This document shows, piece by piece, positions 61,501 through 63,953 of a stretch of 63,953 nt of DNA (position 1 is the stretch's first letter; every line of letters begins with the position of its first letter). The DNA comes from Minisyncoccota bacterium. GTDB taxonomy: Bacteria > Patescibacteriota > Minisyncoccia > Phycocordibacterales > CAINVO01. The DNA lies in the NCBI GenBank assembly GCA_028714275.1, contig JAQTMP010000001.1:1-63953 (forward strand). Reading direction: 5' to 3'. The notes under the pieces were generated by a model, which had not been told where the DNA came from, ran no database searches, and worked only from the letters and a program-made list of their open reading frames with translations. A program made the translations under genes and the position numbers.

Positions 61501-62277
61501 CTATCTCAAACCACCAAAGCCTGCCAAAGAAATTGCTACGATTCCGGCAATTGCCGCCGTTTCGGCCCTCAAAATCTGACTCCCCAGACTGACAACATCA
61601 AAACTTTCTTTTTTAAAAAGCTCAAGCTCTTTTTCAGTCCAGCCGCCTTCTGGGCCAACAAACACGGCCACTGGGATACTATTTAGTGTGTTGATTTTAT
61701 TTTTATTTTCAAAATTCCTCAGATTTTCCCCAGTCGGATCAAAAGCCACCCCTTGCATTTTTTTCTCTTTGACCAACGCAAGCGCCTCCGTTAGCGACAC
61801 GACTGTCAAAACTTCTGGCAATATCACTCTCCCCGACTGCTCACTGGCTTCTATGACAATTTTCTTTAGGCGCTCTTCATTTAAAGACTTTTTTTCACTT
61901 CTTTCACTCACCACGGGTACAACCCCATCGACTCCCAACTCTGTGGCTTTTTCTACAATCCATTCAAAATTATCTTTTTTGACGACTGCAGCAAAAAGCC
62001 AAACCACTGGTTCTGATTGTTCAGACCCTCCGTCCTTCCTTTCATTCTTTTTATTAATCTTATCAACGATTTCCAAGCTAGCCCCTTTTTTCTCCAGAGC
62101 GTGAAACACCGTTCGATACTCAAAACCCCTTCCGTCAAACAATAAAACCTCAACCCCCGGCCTGAACCGAAAAACATTCCTCCATTGGTGTAGCAGGGCC
62201 GGAGAAGAGACTGTCAGTTCGTCCCCTATACCCAAATCATCTATTTTTTGTTCAATGTAAAATCTGTGAAGTCGCAT
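61501..62277 (-). CDS. rsmE: 16S rRNA (uracil1498-N3)-methyltransferase RsmE
   Basis: MRLHRFYIEQ start (ATG 62277) and C-terminal FVGPEGGWTEKELE...SLGSQILRAETAAI. Confidence 0.85.
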   Translation of the reverse strand: MRLHRFYIEQKIDDLGIGDELTVSSPALLHQWRNVFRFRPGVEVLLFDGRGFEYRTVFHALEKKGASLEIVDKINKKNERKDGGSEQSEPVVWLFAAVVKKDNFEWIVEKATELGVDGVVPVVSERSEKKSLNEERLKKIVIEASEQSGRVILPEVLTVVSLTEALALVKEKKMQGVAFDPTGENLRNFENKNKINTLNSIPVAVFVGPEGGWTEKELELFKKESFDVVSLGSQILRAETAAIAGIVAISLAGFGGLR

Positions 62278-62376
62278 ACGACCAGTATACGTAAAAAGCC
62301 TAAAATACAAAAGGAGATAAAGAAAATGCCACCATCCTCTCGTTGCTTTTTTTGAGAATTTTGTTATTGTTTCTAT

Positions 62377-62946
62377 ATGTTAATCCCAACCGTCATTGAA
62401 AAATCTCAGTTTGGCGAGCGTGCTTACGACATTTATTCTCGCCTTCTTAGAGAAAACATTATTTTTCTGGCTGGTCCAATAGATGACAATGTAGCCAATA
62501 TTGTCATTGCCCAGCTTCTTTTTCTCAATTCTGAAAATCCCAAAAAGGACATCTCACTCTATATCAATTCCCCTGGCGGTCATGTCACGGCCGGTTTAGC
62601 TATTATAGACACCATGAATAACATCAAAAACGATGTCTCCACCATCGGGGTGGGTATAGCTGCCTCAATGGGCGCCATGATCTTATCAGCCGGAGCCAAA
62701 GGTAAGCGTTTTTGTCTGCCAAACGCTGAGGTCATGATCCACCAGCCTCTAGGAGGTGCCGAGGGTCAGGCTACCGATATTGAAATCAGCGCCCGCCAAA
62801 TCCTCAAAACCCGTGAAACTCTCTATAAAATGCTAGCTAAAAACAGCGGCCAGCCAATATCAAAAATTGAAAAAGATGCTGAGCGCAACTTCCACATGAC
62901 AGCTGAAGAGGCCAAAAAATACGGCATCATCGACAAAATTCTCTAG
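62377..62946 (+). CDS. clpP: ATP-dependent Clp protease proteolytic subunit
   Basis: [15 protein letters not shown] (Ser) and MIHQPLGG (His) catalytic contexts. Confidence 0.95.
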   Translation: MLIPTVIEKSQFGERAYDIYSRLLRENIIFLAGPIDDNVANIVIAQLLFLNSENPKKDISLYINSPGGHVTAGLAIIDTMNNIKNDVSTIGVGIAASMGAMILSAGAKGKRFCLPNAEVMIHQPLGGAEGQATDIEISARQILKTRETLYKMLAKNSGQPISKIEKDAERNFHMTAEEAKKYGIIDKIL

Positions 62947-63154
62947 TTATTGTAGACTGCAGGTATTACCTATATTAATTTAATGGCCTGCGGTTTTCTG
63001 ATATTAGAGTAAATTGCCTTATTTATGCGTAAATTCGAAAAATTAAATCAAATTCATTCGCCTGGATCATTCCTTCTGAAAATTCCTAGAAAATTTTTGC
63101 GTGCTTAGAGTAGCAATTTAAAAACTAGTACAGAGACGGGGCTTAATAAAAGCC

Positions 63155-63953
63155 ATGTTAGTATCATTAAAAACTGTGTTGCTCATTGCCGCCTTTATGG
63201 GGGCCATGGGACTTGCGTGTGGCTACATTCTTCGATGGATTGTGGCCTTGGGAAAAAAGGGCTCTATTGAGCTAGAAATCAAGAAAATGATGGTTGAGGC
63301 CACGGAAGCCGCCCAAAAAATTACCCTCGAGGCTGAGGAAGAGGCGGCGACTATTTTACGGACAGTCCGAGAAGAATCTAAGGATCGTGAAGATAAAAAT
63401 AAAAAAACTGAAGATCGCCTGATTAAAAAAGAAGAACTTCTCGATGGTCGCCAAACTGAAATTGACAAGGAAGTAGAGGCTCTGAAAATAAAAATTGAGG
63501 AAATAAAAACTATCAAGGAACGTGCGGATAAGCTTGAATTAGAAAAAAAGACGGCCTTGGAACGAGTGGCCAAACTCTCTGCCGAAGAAGCTAGAGCGGA
63601 GCTTATCACAAAAGTTGAACGTGAAAGCGAAGAAGATATCCTAAACCGCCTAAAAAAACTAGAAATTTCCGGCCAAGAAAAACTAGAGGGAAAGGCTCGT
63701 GAGATTCTCGCCACTTCTATCCAGCGCCTTGCAAATGCTGTCACAGCTGATGTCTTCACGACTCATGTGCCGATTGCCTCTGATGAAATCAAAGGCAAAG
63801 TCATTGGCAAGGAGGGACGCAACATCAAAGCCTTCGAAAGGGAGACGGGCGTAGAGGTGATCGTAGATGACAGCCCCGGTTCTATCACCATTTCTTCATT
63901 TGATCCTATTCGCCGCCAAGTAGCTAGAGTGGCCCTCGAAGCCCTTATAGCTG
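63155..63953 (+). CDS. rny: Ribonuclease Y (3' end beyond window; not in the ORF track because it has no stop)
   Basis: My own translation from ATG 63155 gives [24 protein letters not shown] (TM), then a coiled coil [16 protein letters not shown]..., then the KH motif [26 protein letters not shown]. Confidence 0.85.
   Translation, partial: MLVSLKTVLLIAAFMGAMGLACGYILRWIVALGKKGSIELEIKKMMVEATEAAQKITLEAEEEAATILRTVREESKDREDKNKKTEDRLIKKEELLDGRQTEIDKEVEALKIKIEEIKTIKERADKLELEKKTALERVAKLSAEEARAELITKVERESEEDILNRLKKLEISGQEKLEGKAREILATSIQRLANAVTADVFTTHVPIASDEIKGKVIGKEGRNIKAFERETGVEVIVDDSPGSITISSFDPIRRQVARVALEALIA

Noticed and set aside
63223-63759. 178-aa minus-strand Ser/Phe/Arg-rich ORF
   Set aside because: It is antisense to a clear RNase Y gene (TM helix, coiled coil, KH motif) that is absent from the track only because it runs off the window.
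1-63953. Search for CRISPR arrays, rRNA genes, tRNA genes and transposase/integrase ORFs
   Set aside because: No regularly spaced direct repeats, cloverleaf candidates, rRNA-like conserved blocks, or DDE/tyrosine/serine recombinase-like ORFs were seen on either strand by eye.

Overview
AT-rich bacterial chromosome segment with hallmarks of a small-genome Candidate Phyla Radiation (Patescibacteria)-type organism. The backbone is the str/S10/spc ribosomal super-operon on the minus strand (rpsL-rpsG-fusA-tuf-rpsJ...rplO-secY-adk-map, 5.8-28.3 kb). There is no L30 gene between rpsE and rplO, and many proteins carry Lys/Arg-rich tails. Other housekeeping genes are rpmB, sod, comEC, rnhA, recJ, pgk, tpiA, a type IV pilus operon (pilB, pilC, pilins), nusA, ppa, tig, rsmE, clpP and rny. 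Six things stand out. (1) There are two diversity-generating retroelements. One is complete (RT 55619-56620, avd, TR2, VR2/target); one is cut by the window start (avd, TR1, VR1/target). TR-to-VR mismatches are adenine-specific, and avd is inverted between TR and RT in both loci. (2) A textbook type III hammerhead ribozyme core lies on the minus strand at 33917-33974, preceded by three GAAA-capped hairpins. (3) Four families (A-D, two copies each) of hairpin elements have a near-identical conserved core and copy-specific long stems. Most sit at or on stop codons, and several lie at the edges of accessory insertions in the ribosomal operon. (4) Two paralogous RelE/DinJ-type toxin-antitoxin modules and a PDT-PDH-ACT fusion gene are inserted inside the ribosomal super-operon. 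(5) An accessory island at 29.3-39.7 kb holds a GC-shifted three-gene cassette (Cys-rich radical-SAM-like protein, NMP kinase, SplB-like radical SAM). It also holds an isolated very GC-rich Csx3/ring-nuclease-like gene, a TrmB regulator, a small alarmone hydrolase, and a second radical-SAM operon with a shared upstream motif. (6) No rRNA, tRNA or CRISPR array was recognised. All calls rest on reading the translated ORFs and the nucleotide sequence by eye; no database search was run.
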